DNA from: Octopus sinensis
Lineage: Eukaryota
Direction: 5' to 3'
Length of the DNA: 64,000 nt
Assembly (NCBI RefSeq): GCF_006345805.1
Contig: NC_042997.1
Location: forward strand, 107,694,001-107,758,000
The notes under the pieces are model-generated. The model did no database searches and was not told the origin of the DNA. It was given only the letters and a program-made list of their open reading frames with translations. Position numbers and translations under genes: made by a program. Below are positions 63,121 to 64,000 of this stretch, one piece after another. Numbering within the stretch: the first letter of the stretch is position 1; the number at the start of each line of letters is the position of its first letter.

Positions 63121-64000
63121 ACTATATATGTATGTGTGTGTGGTTTTTGTGACACCGCAAGAAGTTCTTAAATCTATTCAGCAAAGTTTCTAAGTCTCCT
63201 GTAAATTTGAACTGAAAAATTGGTCAAAAAACAATATATATTTATTTACTACCCACAAGGGGCTAAACACAGGGAACAAACAAGTACAGACAAACAGATT
63301 AAGTCGATTACATCGACCCCAGTGCATAACTGGTACTTAATTTATCGACCCTGAAAGGATGAAAGGCAAAGTTGACCTCGGCGGAATTTGAACCCAGAAC
63401 GTAGCGACAGATGAAATACGGCTATGCATTTCGCACGGCGTGCTAACGTTTCTGCTTCTGGGTTTGTCTAGCATATACTGTCAGAAATGTGCCTGGCCCT
63501 TATATCCCATTATACCATCTTCAATTGATAGTTGCCTCTTTGTTTTATGATATTTTCGTATCTGCTATAAACATATGGAAGTGATAATTTCAGATCACAT
63601 CATACCTTAGGCCATGCTGTGGTTTTTCCCTGTATGAACTACTTGACTGGCCCTTGTGCCGGTGGCATGTAAAAGCACCCACTACACTCTCGGAGAGGTT
63701 GGTGTTAGGAAGGGTGTCCAGCTGTAGAAATTTTGCTATTTCAGATTGAGCCTGGTGCAGCCTCTGGCTCATCATTTCTCAGTCAAACTGTCCAACCCAT
63801 GCCAACATGGAAAGCGGACGTTAAACAATGATGATGATGCTGCCACCACTGTCGCCACCGCCCGTAATAGTACTCAATACTTAGCTTGCTAATCTCGCAA
63901 ATATTGATACCCTATTTTGTGGGTTTGTCTAGCATATTCTGTCAGAAATGTGCCTGGCCCTTATATCCCATTATGCCATCTTCAATTGATAGTCACCTCT

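Noticed and set aside
55526-64000. Further SPS exons, a SECIS, or an alternative non-UGA version of the active-site exon
   Set aside because: By eye I found no GMD..V.P or TTDFFYP-type exon and no second GCKVP motif. The gene continues beyond the window.

Overview
AT-rich, repeat-dense eukaryotic DNA. The repeat landscape suggests a coleoid cephalopod, probably Octopus; this is inference. Three conserved genes were assembled by hand from splice sites and translation. (1) ORC6, minus strand: coding exons 1-5 at 6455-1017; the 3' end was not found and probably lies left of the window. (2) A complete 17-exon VPS35, plus strand, 6733-44657, 795 aa, head-to-head with ORC6 (277 nt between the ATGs). 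(3) The 5' end of a selenophosphate synthetase (SPS/SelD, SEPHS2-like), plus strand, with an in-frame UGA in the KG-U-GCKVPQ motif at 55411-55413. The most unusual signals are a U12-type VPS35 intron with GT...TG ends, a candidate 60-nt in-frame VPS35 cassette exon, the recoded UGA with its GGG-TGT context, a 1.43-kb CAC-ended element with a 5-bp TSD (Transib-like), and an orphan CpG-rich block at about 47.7-50 kb. Introns carry RTE and CR1-type LINE fragments, SINEs, Tc1/mariner relics, a piggyBac-type MITE and microsatellites. Most ORF-track entries are spurious or transposon fragments. Comparisons to human proteins and exon sizes are from memory and need checking by alignment. Repeat boundaries are approximate unless a TIR or TSD is given.
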